This document shows positions 1 through 7,932 of a stretch of 64,000 bases of DNA, one piece after another (the stretch's first letter is position 1; every line of letters begins with the position of its first letter). The stretch is from Pyrinomonadaceae bacterium (GTDB taxonomy: Bacteria > Acidobacteriota > Blastocatellia > Pyrinomonadales > Pyrinomonadaceae), in contig DATENS010000253.1 of assembly GCA_035274925.1 (NCBI GenBank), forward strand, positions 3,266-67,265. Direction: 5' to 3'. The translations under genes were made by a program, and so were the position numbers. The notes beneath the pieces were generated by a model that saw only the letters and a list, made by a program, of their open reading frames with translations, ran no database searches and had not been told where the DNA came from.

Positions 1-441
1 CTTATCGACCGCGGATTCGCGCGCGAAAAAGAGCCAGACACCAAACGCGATGCCTGCGCCTATGAGGACAAACGCAGCAATCCTAACCGGAGAAGAAAAC
101 AGGGGTTGGGCCCTCGCCCACAACCCCACAGGAGCCGGCACTTGATCTCTTTGGGCCGATGAAGACTTAGAAGACACATAACGCTTGAAAGCGCGCCCGA
201 ACCTGAGTTGCTCGTGTCGTTCTGGCGTGACGAGGAAATGCTTTTCAAAAGCAGCGCGATCTGTCGCGCTCATCCTTTCGCCCAGGTACTTGTCCACGAT
301 TTCGTCTTCCACTATCAGCAACTCCTGATAGAGTTCGTCGTTCGCCATGAGCTCCTTCTCGAACTCGTCGCGGGCGTTGTCAGCGAGTTGCCCCAGCAAA
401 AACTGCCTGAGCCTCTCCTGAACCTCTGGAGTGGGCGTCAT
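1..441 (-). CDS. anti-sigma-factor-like membrane protein, N-terminal part only (gene runs off window start)
   Basis: Minus-strand frame is open from ATG at 441-439 to base 1. It is absent from the ORF track because there is no stop in the window. Translation: MTPTPEVQERLRQFLLGQLADNARDEFEKELMANDELYQELL...IAAFVLIGAGIAFGVWLFF. The N-terminus parallels that of 7021..7932 (FLLG.L....EFE..L..D..L). One hydrophobic helix. Lies 63 nt downstream of sigma gene 505..1095. Confidence 0.6.
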   Translation of the reverse strand, partial: MTPTPEVQERLRQFLLGQLADNARDEFEKELMANDELYQELLIVEDEIVDKYLGERMSATDRAAFEKHFLVTPERHEQLRFGRAFKRYVSSKSSSAQRDQVPAPVGLWARAQPLFSSPVRIAAFVLIGAGIAFGVWLFFARESAVDK

Positions 442-504
442 AAGACTAAATCCTTCAGGCCGGGGCCAGCCCCTAGTTGATATGAGTAACAGGTGGAAAC
501 CATT

Positions 505-1095
505 TCAGTGTGCAATTTGGTTTTCCAGGCAATCGCGCACGCATGCCTCCAGTGCGCGACGAATTCGGTGGGCGCGAATTCGCAAGGCGTTGACGGCGAT
601 TCCCAGTTCGGCTGCCAACATTTTGCGGTGATCTATTTTCGCTTTTCGCTCCTGCTGGTAATACTCAAGCACTAATCGGCGGTTGTCAGCAGGCAGGTGT
701 TCGAGACAACGCTCGAGACATTCGTATTCGCGTTCAGTTTCGTCGGTAAGACTTGCGTTGGCGGGGATCGGATTGCCGGTAGTTTCAACCGAGCTTTCAA
801 CATCTCTAAGCCGGGATTTCCTTACGTACTCCAGTTGAACTTTTTGCGAAACGCCGTAGAAATAAAGAGCCGGGTCGCCCTGGTATCCGTTCACAACGTC
901 ATCGACTCGCGCGATGACTCGATTGATGGTCTCGTCGGCTAACTCCTCCGCTTCATAACATCCGCGACAAGTGAAAATTTTGATCAGACGTAACCTGATA
1001 TCCTGGTACTTGCGGCCAGCCCGCTCGCGATCAGCATCGAGCCAACTAAGTAGCGTGTCGAAAGCGTCTTGAGTTAATACCCACCCTTTTTTCAT
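505..1095 (-). CDS. ECF-type sigma-70 family RNA polymerase sigma factor (paralog of 6430..6984)
   Basis: 196 aa. Region-2-like AEELADETINRV and region-4-like HTH LAAELGIAVNALRIRAHRIRRAL. Collinear similarity to 6430..6984 over the full length. Confidence 0.75.
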   Translation of the reverse strand: MKKGWVLTQDAFDTLLSWLDADRERAGRKYQDIRLRLIKIFTCRGCYEAEELADETINRVIARVDDVVNGYQGDPALYFYGVSQKVQLEYVRKSRLRDVESSVETTGNPIPANASLTDETEREYECLERCLEHLPADNRRLVLEYYQQERKAKIDHRKMLAAELGIAVNALRIRAHRIRRALEACVRDCLENQIAH

Positions 1096-1443
1096 TGGGG
1101 CAAATCGTCTTACGCGAAGCAGAGTTTCGGAAACTCAAAAACCCTGGTCAGGGGTATTCGGGTGCTATCAGGTGACCATGTGTTTGAACGCGTCGGATAG
1201 AGCGCCCCGCAAATGAGTTCGAGGACGAGACGCTTCAGGTTGCATGCGCGCAAACAACTCGCAGTTTAAGGTTTGCGCCGGCTGGCAAACGACGTTGCGA
1301 ATAAAACAAGCGGAGAGTATATACCGCAAGCCATTCATGTCAATGGCGAATTCTCGGACGTTTCGCGCTCTGGCAATGCAGGTTTAGGACGTTGGTTAAG
1401 GGGCTCGAAGTAGCTGATTTTCGGATTCATAGTGCGTGCGCGA

Positions 1444-1467
1444 AATGTTTTGAACGTTTCAAACATT
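1444..1467. promoter_or_regulatory. imperfect 24-bp inverted repeat, candidate operator
   Basis: AATGTTTTGAACGTTTCAAACATT: outer arms AATGTTT/AAACATT and inner arms TGAA/TTCA. Sits in a 678-bp ORF-free divergent promoter region. Confidence 0.2.
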
Positions 1468-1773
1468 AGGAGTGAAGCGTTTGGATCCAATCAATGTTGC
1501 CTTACCCCACAACCAGGGGGGCGTGCCTTACCCACGCCTCCTTCGTTCTAAGTTAATCGTCAGGGTCCCTCGGGCTGCCAATTCTTTGCTGCACCGTTCC
1601 CCAACCACGCAAGAACCCAACGCATCCACGTTCTAAACAAACAAAGCCTCCGCAAGAGCTTCCCGCGGACGCTTCAAATTCGGCGCTGTGTGCAGGTCTC
1701 CCCGGACTGACTTTTGTTCGCGAATGGTTCGCGGCGGCACAGCAGGTTTAAGTCATCTGAAAGGGAGAAAACG

Positions 1774-2811
1774 ATGAAGACAAATTTTTTGGCATTTGTG
1801 GCGATGTTGGCGGTGTCTGTGGTGGCGCCGCTCGGAGTCCTGGCCGGCTGGGGAAACGGTGCAGGTCAGAAAACACAGGAGCAGAATGGCTATCGACTGG
1901 AAGGTCCGTATACCCAAGGCAACCTGACTGTTTTTCTCATTCATGGGAAGGACAAGATTAAGGGCCAGACATTTCTAACCCTGGAAGAAGCGCTGGTGCA
2001 GAGGAAGGTGATCGTGCGCGAAACAAAGACAGTCAACACGCTCACGATCGAAAATGTTTCGAGCGAAGAAGTCTATGTTCAATCCGGCGATATCGTGAAA
2101 GGCGGAGCGCAGGACCGCATGCTGGTGGTCGATCTGATTCTGCCGCCGCGCTCGGGCCAAATTTCGATTTCCGCATTTTGCGTAGAGAACGGCCGCTGGA
2201 GCCAGCGCGGCAACGAAGCAGCCACCGTTTTCAGCTCTTCAAAAAACACGGTCGCCAGTCGCGAAGTTAAGCTGGCCGCTAAACTCAAGTCTTCGCAGAG
2301 CGAAGTTTGGCGTGAAGTCTCCGTGGCCCAGGACAAGCTGAGCAGCAACGTAGGCGTTCGCGTCAACCATGCCGAGTCACCCACGAGCCTGCAGCTCGCG
2401 TTGGAAAACAAAGAAGTACAGAAGACGGCTGATGATTACGTAAACGGATTGTCATCAATTGTGGACGGAAAGACGGACGTGATCGGTTATGTGTTCGCGA
2501 TCAATGGCAAGGTGAACAGCGCAGATGTCTATGCTTCGAGCACGCTTTTCAAGAAGCTCTGGCCTAAGCTGCTGAAGGCGAGCGCGATCGAAGCGGTTGC
2601 AGAGTTCCGGCGTGGCGAGAAATTTGATCAACCAAAACCGGCGGAAGTGATGGGACTGCTTGACGATTCGAAGGGTCAGGAAAAGCAGAAAGACGTTTCG
2701 GGTCGTGTCCAGGTGATCACGCGCGAAACCGATGGCAACGTTTCCTTCGAGACTCGTGACCGCGCGAAATCCGATGCGTGGGTGCACCGGAACTACATTA
2801 AGAAGAACTAA
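1774..2811 (+). CDS. secreted protein of the DUF6569/ARPP-1-like family (family recalled from memory)
   Basis: ATG 1774 preceded by GGGAGA. Signal peptide MKTNFLAFVAMLAVSVVAPLGVLAG. Family-like pattern: NLTVFLIH...FLTLEEAL...V..L.IEN.S.EEVYVQSGDIVKGGAQDR...ISAFCVENGRWS. Confidence 0.6.
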   Translation: MKTNFLAFVAMLAVSVVAPLGVLAGWGNGAGQKTQEQNGYRLEGPYTQGNLTVFLIHGKDKIKGQTFLTLEEALVQRKVIVRETKTVNTLTIENVSSEEVYVQSGDIVKGGAQDRMLVVDLILPPRSGQISISAFCVENGRWSQRGNEAATVFSSSKNTVASREVKLAAKLKSSQSEVWREVSVAQDKLSSNVGVRVNHAESPTSLQLALENKEVQKTADDYVNGLSSIVDGKTDVIGYVFAINGKVNSADVYASSTLFKKLWPKLLKASAIEAVAEFRRGEKFDQPKPAEVMGLLDDSKGQEKQKDVSGRVQVITRETDGNVSFETRDRAKSDAWVHRNYIKKN

Positions 2812-2847
2812 ACGCAAAGCGGTAAGAGCAGAGCGCTAAGTACGAGA

Positions 2848-2876
2848 GGGCGAAAGACTGTGTCTTTCGCCCTTTT
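2848..2876 (+). terminator. rho-independent terminator
   Basis: GGGCGAAAGAC-tgt-GTCTTTCGCCC followed by TTTTC, 37 nt after the stop of 1774..2811. Confidence 0.75.
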
Positions 2877-3061
2877 CAACTCTTTAGAGATCTCGAGAAG
2901 TTCGTGATCTTACGACTAAGAATGTCGCAATCGCCTAACATATCGTCCACCTCGGCTGAAGTGACCAGATTCAGTTTTTCGAAAACCATTAACATAGAAG
3001 CGTCTTCGAATAAGGATCTTCTCGATATGTTCAAAAACTGTTTTGAACTCCTGAGTTGCTC
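2877..3061 (-). pseudogene. possible C-terminal remnant of a four-helix-bundle ('23S rRNA intervening sequence'-type) protein
   Basis: AT-rich patch. Minus-strand frame reads ..QFLNISRRSLFEDASMLMVFEKLNLVTSAEVDDMLGDCDILSRKITNFSRSLKS*. This resembles the A.GS..E...L....L.......D.....I.KML..L C-termini of that family. There is no full-length ORF. Confidence 0.2.
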
Positions 3062-3682
3062 TCAGTGGACGATCTTTGACGAATACATGATTGCGTAAAG
3101 CTCGTCTTCGTGTTTTGGAAAGTTTCCGGAGTCTGACGAGAGAATCATGGTAACCAGTTGAGTGTTGCCTCCAAATTTACGGTAGCCCTGCCATTCGAGT
3201 CGGCGAATGTCTCCAGCCATTTCCTGTTTCGATTCACGAAACTCGACGCCGCGCACACCATCAAGCGCGAGCCATTTCACTTCGTCATACTTGCCGATGC
3301 TTTTCTGTGTCTTGGCGGCCTCGTGCATGGCTTTCATTCTCGTATCTACCAGGCTTTCCATTTGCGGCATCACGGAAATTGCTACCGTGAGGAACGCGCC
3401 ATCGCCGCTGTAGCTGAAACTTTCGTTGCGCACATCAATCTTTTTCCAGTTGGCAGGCAGTGTCCACGAAATTCCTTGCTGGTCCCAGGTCACCGGCTGG
3501 CCATTCGCAATGATTGCCTGCTGGGCCGCGGTTGGTTGAGGCTTTTCGACTTCGTCGCCGCCCGATGAGCTTGAGCCGGTCGAAGAACCCGAGTTCGAGT
3601 TGTTGTTACCCTTGAGCTTACTGCTTAAGTTGCAAGCAACCACCACAAATACCATCGCAAATAATGCCAGGACCTTTTTCAT
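3062..3682 (-). CDS. putative lipoprotein
   Basis: 206 aa. Signal peptide plus lipobox (FVVVAC), then a low-complexity N/S/G linker GNNNSNSGSSTGSSSSGG. Confidence 0.6.
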   Translation of the reverse strand: MKKVLALFAMVFVVVACNLSSKLKGNNNSNSGSSTGSSSSGGDEVEKPQPTAAQQAIIANGQPVTWDQQGISWTLPANWKKIDVRNESFSYSGDGAFLTVAISVMPQMESLVDTRMKAMHEAAKTQKSIGKYDEVKWLALDGVRGVEFRESKQEMAGDIRRLEWQGYRKFGGNTQLVTMILSSDSGNFPKHEDELYAIMYSSKIVH

Positions 3683-4043
3683 TTCGATTTACCCACATCT
3701 TGCCAGGCTGGAAAAGCAAACGCGTTTTACGCCAGAGGCGTGTGGCGTGTCAATGTGCGAAGAAAGTTGTGCGGGCTTCTCGCCTGGTGAAACAGGTTGT
3801 GTCCTAACTTTGGAATCTTTTTGCACCTTTCGTTTCGCTTTGCGCCTTTGCGTAGAAAACTAACGGAGATAATGAGATTTCTCGCAAAGGCGCGAAGAAG
3901 TACAAAAGACGCAAGCCGGATGTGCGCAGTACCTGAACCACGCGCAGGATGCGCGTGCCACCCGGTCGTGCTATTCTTGGTTTTCAACCCCCCTCCAATT
4001 AGTCCTTTCAAGCGGCGCGATGACCGTCGATCTGAGGTGCAGA

Positions 4044-4952
4044 ATGCTTACGAGAAATTTCGATCGCAAAATATCAAGTGTCCTGATTCTTTCTTCCCTT
4101 TCGTTTGGGATGTTTTTCAGTGCGTGCAAGCCAGTTGAAAACGCCAATTCGAACGCAAACGCCAATGCGAATGCATCAGCGGCAAACACCAATAGCAACA
4201 TCAATTCAAGTTCTGAGAGCGGCCCGACTATCAACGCGCGCGAGCCTGAGAAGTACAGCGCCACCCTCGTTTTCAGCGTTGAGACGCAGGGCAACGAAAA
4301 GGCGATTGGCATTCCATCGTTGTCGGTCCAGGTTGCCCGCAATGGCGCTGACCGGCGCGTCGAATTCAAGTTGCCGGACGGAACGCCGCTCGTATATCTC
4401 GATCACGACAATCGTAGTTATGTGATTGCGCCGACCAAGAAGCAGTATGCGGAGTTGACTAAGGAAGCGACCGGTATTCAGCCGCAGAAGCTGATGACCG
4501 CGGGCCAGCTCGTTGCGGATTTGAAGAACAAGAGCGGCGTGGAACGCGTAGGCGAAGAACAGGTAAACGGCCGCACTGCCGAGAAGTATCGTTACAGCGC
4601 ATCGACCAACACCAACACGAAAGCCGGTGAAGTGAAAGCTGAAGCGTTTGTCTTCATCGACAAGGAAACCGGCCTGCCGTTGCGGACTGAGGTCAACGCC
4701 GAAAGTTCGGGCGACGTAAAAGGCGTCAATGCGGCGCGCGTAATTGCCGAAATGCGCGACATCAAAACCGACATTGATGCCACGCTGTTTGAAGTTCCGA
4801 GTGGCTATGCACAGGTTGCTCCTGAAAAAGTAAAGCAGCAGATCGATGCCTTGACCAGCGCGGTGGCAGCCATTCTGAAAGCCATGATGGCGAACATGCG
4901 CACTGAGGCGGCTTCATCGCCGTCACCCACGACGACGGTATCGCCCAGGTAG
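4044..4952 (+). CDS. putative lipoprotein
   Basis: GAGG sits 6 nt before ATG 4044. Lipobox in MLTRNFDRKISSVLILSSLSFGMFFSAC, then an N/A/S-rich linker. ATG 4020 is an alternative start. Confidence 0.6.
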   Translation: MLTRNFDRKISSVLILSSLSFGMFFSACKPVENANSNANANANASAANTNSNINSSSESGPTINAREPEKYSATLVFSVETQGNEKAIGIPSLSVQVARNGADRRVEFKLPDGTPLVYLDHDNRSYVIAPTKKQYAELTKEATGIQPQKLMTAGQLVADLKNKSGVERVGEEQVNGRTAEKYRYSASTNTNTKAGEVKAEAFVFIDKETGLPLRTEVNAESSGDVKGVNAARVIAEMRDIKTDIDATLFEVPSGYAQVAPEKVKQQIDALTSAVAAILKAMMANMRTEAASSPSPTTTVSPR

Positions 4953-4960
4953 AACCTAAA

Positions 4961-5695
4961 ATGAAACGCGTACTTATCTTTGTTGGCGGATTGCTGCTTG
5001 GCGCGGTAGCGGCGCTCTATTTTCTCAGTCCGGCACGCAGCGGACGGCTTTCGGGAATTCCGGTGCGGCCACCCGATGCTAATACCACTAATTCGGGCAC
5101 CGTTACGGTCACGCTGGACGAAAAGTTTTTTGAGTCGCTGCTCGGCACGATTTTTCAGAAGCTCGGTTCGCCACAATTGAAACTGGCGCAACTCGATGGC
5201 CAGTCGCCGTTTCAGCCGGCCGCTTTTCAGAACACTTGCAATAACGTAGTGGTGCTTAACCCCGAAGGCGGCAACATCAAAACGGGAGTGCGGTTTACCG
5301 GCGGCAAAATCACGGTGCCGTTGGCGTTCACGGGCAGTTACAACGTGTTCGCCAAGTGCGTGCAATTCAAAGGCACTGCGAAAGCGACCGTCGATCTGGC
5401 TTTCAATCAGGAAAAGCAGATTGTTTACGGCGCCGTAATTGTTGAGGAGATGATTCTCGAAGAGGTGCCGCCATTGGTAAGCGCTCTGGTGACGGCCTTT
5501 GTCCGCGAAACGATTGCCGCGAAGGTAAATCCGTTCGAGGTGCTGCGCGTTTCTCAACTGGCGCTTTCGATGCCGATTCAGGCGACCGGTGGATCCGTCA
5601 AAGCCAACGTTAAGGACGTGCGCTCCGAGGTTCAGGAGGGGTCGCTGCGTTTGTTGCTTACTTACGATTTCAGTGCCGAGAAGAACGCGGGTTGA
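4961..5695 (+). CDS. membrane-anchored hypothetical protein
   Basis: 244 aa. N-terminal hydrophobic anchor MKRVLIFVGGLLLGAVAALYF. Starts 8 nt after the upstream gene. Confidence 0.55.
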   Translation: MKRVLIFVGGLLLGAVAALYFLSPARSGRLSGIPVRPPDANTTNSGTVTVTLDEKFFESLLGTIFQKLGSPQLKLAQLDGQSPFQPAAFQNTCNNVVVLNPEGGNIKTGVRFTGGKITVPLAFTGSYNVFAKCVQFKGTAKATVDLAFNQEKQIVYGAVIVEEMILEEVPPLVSALVTAFVRETIAAKVNPFEVLRVSQLALSMPIQATGGSVKANVKDVRSEVQEGSLRLLLTYDFSAEKNAG

Positions 5696-5704
5696 GTGGT
5701 AAAT

Positions 5705-5846
5705 CAACCGCGAAGCGGTTCCGGCCTCCAGCCCAACGTTGCCGAAGGCTACGTTGGGTAAACAAATCGCCATTAATGGCGCAACCCTTACAGGGTTGCG
5801 ACTCCATCGTTTCCCTTCCACCCAGGGTAGCCGGCGCTTCGCGCCG
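5705..5846. repeat. composite multi-hairpin dispersed repeat, copy A
   Basis: Four hairpins: AACCGC-GAA-GCGGTT, CCCAACGT-tgccgaaggct-ACGTTGGG, CGCAACCCT-tac-AGGGTTGCG, CCGGCG-cttcg-CGCCGG. The first ~60 nt are nearly identical to 23517.. and 26626... Confidence 0.85.
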
Positions 5847-5975
5847 GATCCAAGCTCCCAGCAAAAACTTTTCCAAATCTCATGAAACGTTTTGCTCATC
5901 CGTACCATTCACGGGCGAAGTAATGACCGCCTGCGTTAAGAGGCGGAAAACAGCAATGATGGAGGAGAAACGTTC

Positions 5976-6296
5976 ATGATAAAGAAAGTCTTCGCGGTCC
6001 TGCTGCTATCGTTGATGGCAGCGGCGTGCGAGCCAGGTCCAACCGGCAATAACAACGCTACGCCCAGCCCGGCGGTGCAAGTTTCGTCTACGCCCGCGCC
6101 GAGCCCGGCCGTGGAAAGTAGTCCGGCGGCTTCAGCACAATGGAAAGCAGGCGACAAAGTGAAAGTGACCATCAACGGCTCAGCAGCGGCAGCCACGATC
6201 GTCAGTATTGACGAAAAGGTTGGCAAAGCTGTGGTCAAGGTCGAAGGTGAAACGAAGGAAAGAACCGTGAATCTCACGGACATCACCAAGCCGTAA
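5976..6296 (+). CDS. small lipoprotein
   Basis: GGAGGAG RBS. Lipobox in MIKKVFAVLLLSLMAAAC. Pro/Ser/Ala-rich linker. Confidence 0.6.
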   Translation: MIKKVFAVLLLSLMAAACEPGPTGNNNATPSPAVQVSSTPAPSPAVESSPAASAQWKAGDKVKVTINGSAAAATIVSIDEKVGKAVVKVEGETKERTVNLTDITKP

Positions 6297-6353
6297 CAGA
6301 CCAGCGTGACAGGCGGGGCAACTCAACTGGGTTGCCCCTGCCATCCCAGTGTT

Positions 6354-6423
6354 CGACAAACTTTAGTTTGTCGCACCGTTTGTTCTCGGGTTATTTTCCA
6401 GGCAAGACAAGCTTAAGTTTGTC
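6354..6423. promoter_or_regulatory. two related inverted repeats upstream of sigma gene (candidate operators or 5'-UTR hairpins)
   Basis: CGACAAAC-ttta-GTTTGTCG at 6354-6373 and GACAAG-cttaa-GTTTGTC at 6406-6423. Centres are ~51 bp apart. The second ends 6 nt before ATG 6430. Confidence 0.3.
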
Positions 6424-6429
6424 ATCCAT

Positions 6430-6984
6430 ATGTCGCCGGCAAGAAAACTTCGCACCCTTGAACAGGCCGATTTCGATCGGCTGTTGAATTGGCTTGATTC
6501 GGACCCGGAAGTGGCCGGCACGCTTTACGAGAAAATTCGTTGGCGTCTGATCGCCATTCTCGCTTCGCGCGGCTGTCATGTTCCGGAAGAGCTTGCGGAC
6601 GAAACCATCGATCGGGTTGCGCGCCGCGTTATCGATATCCGCGAAACCTATGTGGGCGACAAGGCCATCTACTTTTTGGGCGTGATGAACAACGTGCATC
6701 ATGAGTATTTGAAACGGAGGCCACAGCCGCGCACAGTTGAAGTGGCCGCCAGTGTGGAAGAGAAAGAGCGAATTCATCTTTGTCTTGATCGCTGTCTGGA
6801 AAAGCTGAGCCCGCACGCGCGGCAAATCATCGAGCGGTACTACGCTGAGAATAAACGCGCCAGAATTAACTTGCGGCGGCGCATTGCCAGTGAGCTGGGC
6901 GTTACCGCGAGCAACCTCAGGCTGCGCGCTCTGCGCATTCGTGAAAAGCTGCAGGTGTGCATCGATAGCTGCCTGGAAACATGA
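6430..6984 (+). CDS. ECF-type sigma-70 family sigma factor (paralog of 505..1095)
   Basis: 184 aa. Motifs PEELADETIDRV and ASELGVTASNLRLRALRIREKL. Collinear with 505..1095. Confidence 0.75.
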   Translation: MSPARKLRTLEQADFDRLLNWLDSDPEVAGTLYEKIRWRLIAILASRGCHVPEELADETIDRVARRVIDIRETYVGDKAIYFLGVMNNVHHEYLKRRPQPRTVEVAASVEEKERIHLCLDRCLEKLSPHARQIIERYYAENKRARINLRRRIASELGVTASNLRLRALRIREKLQVCIDSCLET

Positions 6985-7020
6985 TTTCAGTACCACCCGC
7001 GGGCGGATAATTCTCGAAAG

Positions 7021-7932
7021 ATGACAACCAGCCAAAATTCCGATCTTAAGCCAACCGACGAAGTGATTCGCGGCTTCCTCCTTGGCTGTCTGAACGCGGC
7101 TGATCAGGAAGAATTCGAAGGGCAACTGATTTCTGACGAACGTCTCCACGAGCGCGTTCGTCACGCGGAGTTTCAGTTGGCGGATGAATTCGCGGGCGAG
7201 CAAATCGGTAGGATTGATCGACATCGGTTCTTGAAAAACTTCCTGGTCACCACCGAGCGCAAGCGGATAGTCGCTGCTTCCGAAGCGTTGCGACAAAGCC
7301 TTTCGCTCGCGATCGATGCCCGCGCAATACCGCCAGCATCATGGCGACATCTCTTTGATTTCAGGAAATCAGCCTGGAGGTACGCGTTCGGCGCTCTGGT
7401 GCTCCTCTTTTTGATCGGCTCGTTCTGGCTGGTGACGAAAGAACGAAAAATCATCACGTATGTAATTCCTAAACGTATTTTCCGGAGGCCGGCTGCAACG
7501 GTTACGCCGCAGGAAACTCATCACCCACCAAACACAGCGCCGCCTGAGCACCGGGAATCAGCCGCTTCGCCACCCGGACACGAAGCTTTAGTGTCTCCGG
7601 GGGACAGTGCTCAAAAACCAGTGGTTGTTCTGTCTTTGACTGCGGGAGGAGATGTATCCCAGGCATCCAGCATGAGTCTTCCAGCTGCCGATGTGGTGCG
7701 CTTTCAATTAGCCTTTGAGGGCGACAGATTACGACCGTTGCGAATCGAACTCAATAACCTTGAGGGGCAGTCTGTGTTTTTCGCCGAGGCTCCGGCGATA
7801 GAAAAGAATTATGGACGAATTGATTTTGATGTGCCCGCAAACCGATTTAAGTCAGGGAGCTATCAGATTCGCGTGAGCGAGGCAGACAATGCCGAACAGG
7901 AAGTTGCGCGATATTACTTCCGCGTGCCTTGA
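7021..7932 (+). CDS. anti-sigma-factor-like single-pass membrane protein
   Basis: 303 aa. N-terminus VIRGFLLGCLNAADQEEFEGQLISDERLHE parallels 1..441(-). TM helix YAFGALVLLFLIGSFWLV. Lies 36 nt downstream of the sigma gene. Confidence 0.65.
   Translation: MTTSQNSDLKPTDEVIRGFLLGCLNAADQEEFEGQLISDERLHERVRHAEFQLADEFAGEQIGRIDRHRFLKNFLVTTERKRIVAASEALRQSLSLAIDARAIPPASWRHLFDFRKSAWRYAFGALVLLFLIGSFWLVTKERKIITYVIPKRIFRRPAATVTPQETHHPPNTAPPEHRESAASPPGHEALVSPGDSAQKPVVVLSLTAGGDVSQASSMSLPAADVVRFQLAFEGDRLRPLRIELNNLEGQSVFFAEAPAIEKNYGRIDFDVPANRFKSGSYQIRVSEADNAEQEVARYYFRVP

Noticed and set aside
4805-5908. 367-aa minus-strand ORF, the longest ORF in that region
   Set aside because: It is antisense to 4961..5695(+) and runs through the hairpin repeat at 5705-5846. 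The translation is Arg/Leu/Gly-rich, with no motif, no RBS and no signal. This is a typical shadow ORF in GC-rich DNA. The plus-strand gene has a proper start and an N-terminal membrane anchor.
6391-7296. 301-aa minus-strand ORF overlapping the sigma and anti-sigma genes
   Set aside because: The opposite strand encodes a sigma factor with recognisable region 2/4 motifs and a clear paralogue at 505..1095. The antisense translation has no recognisable features.
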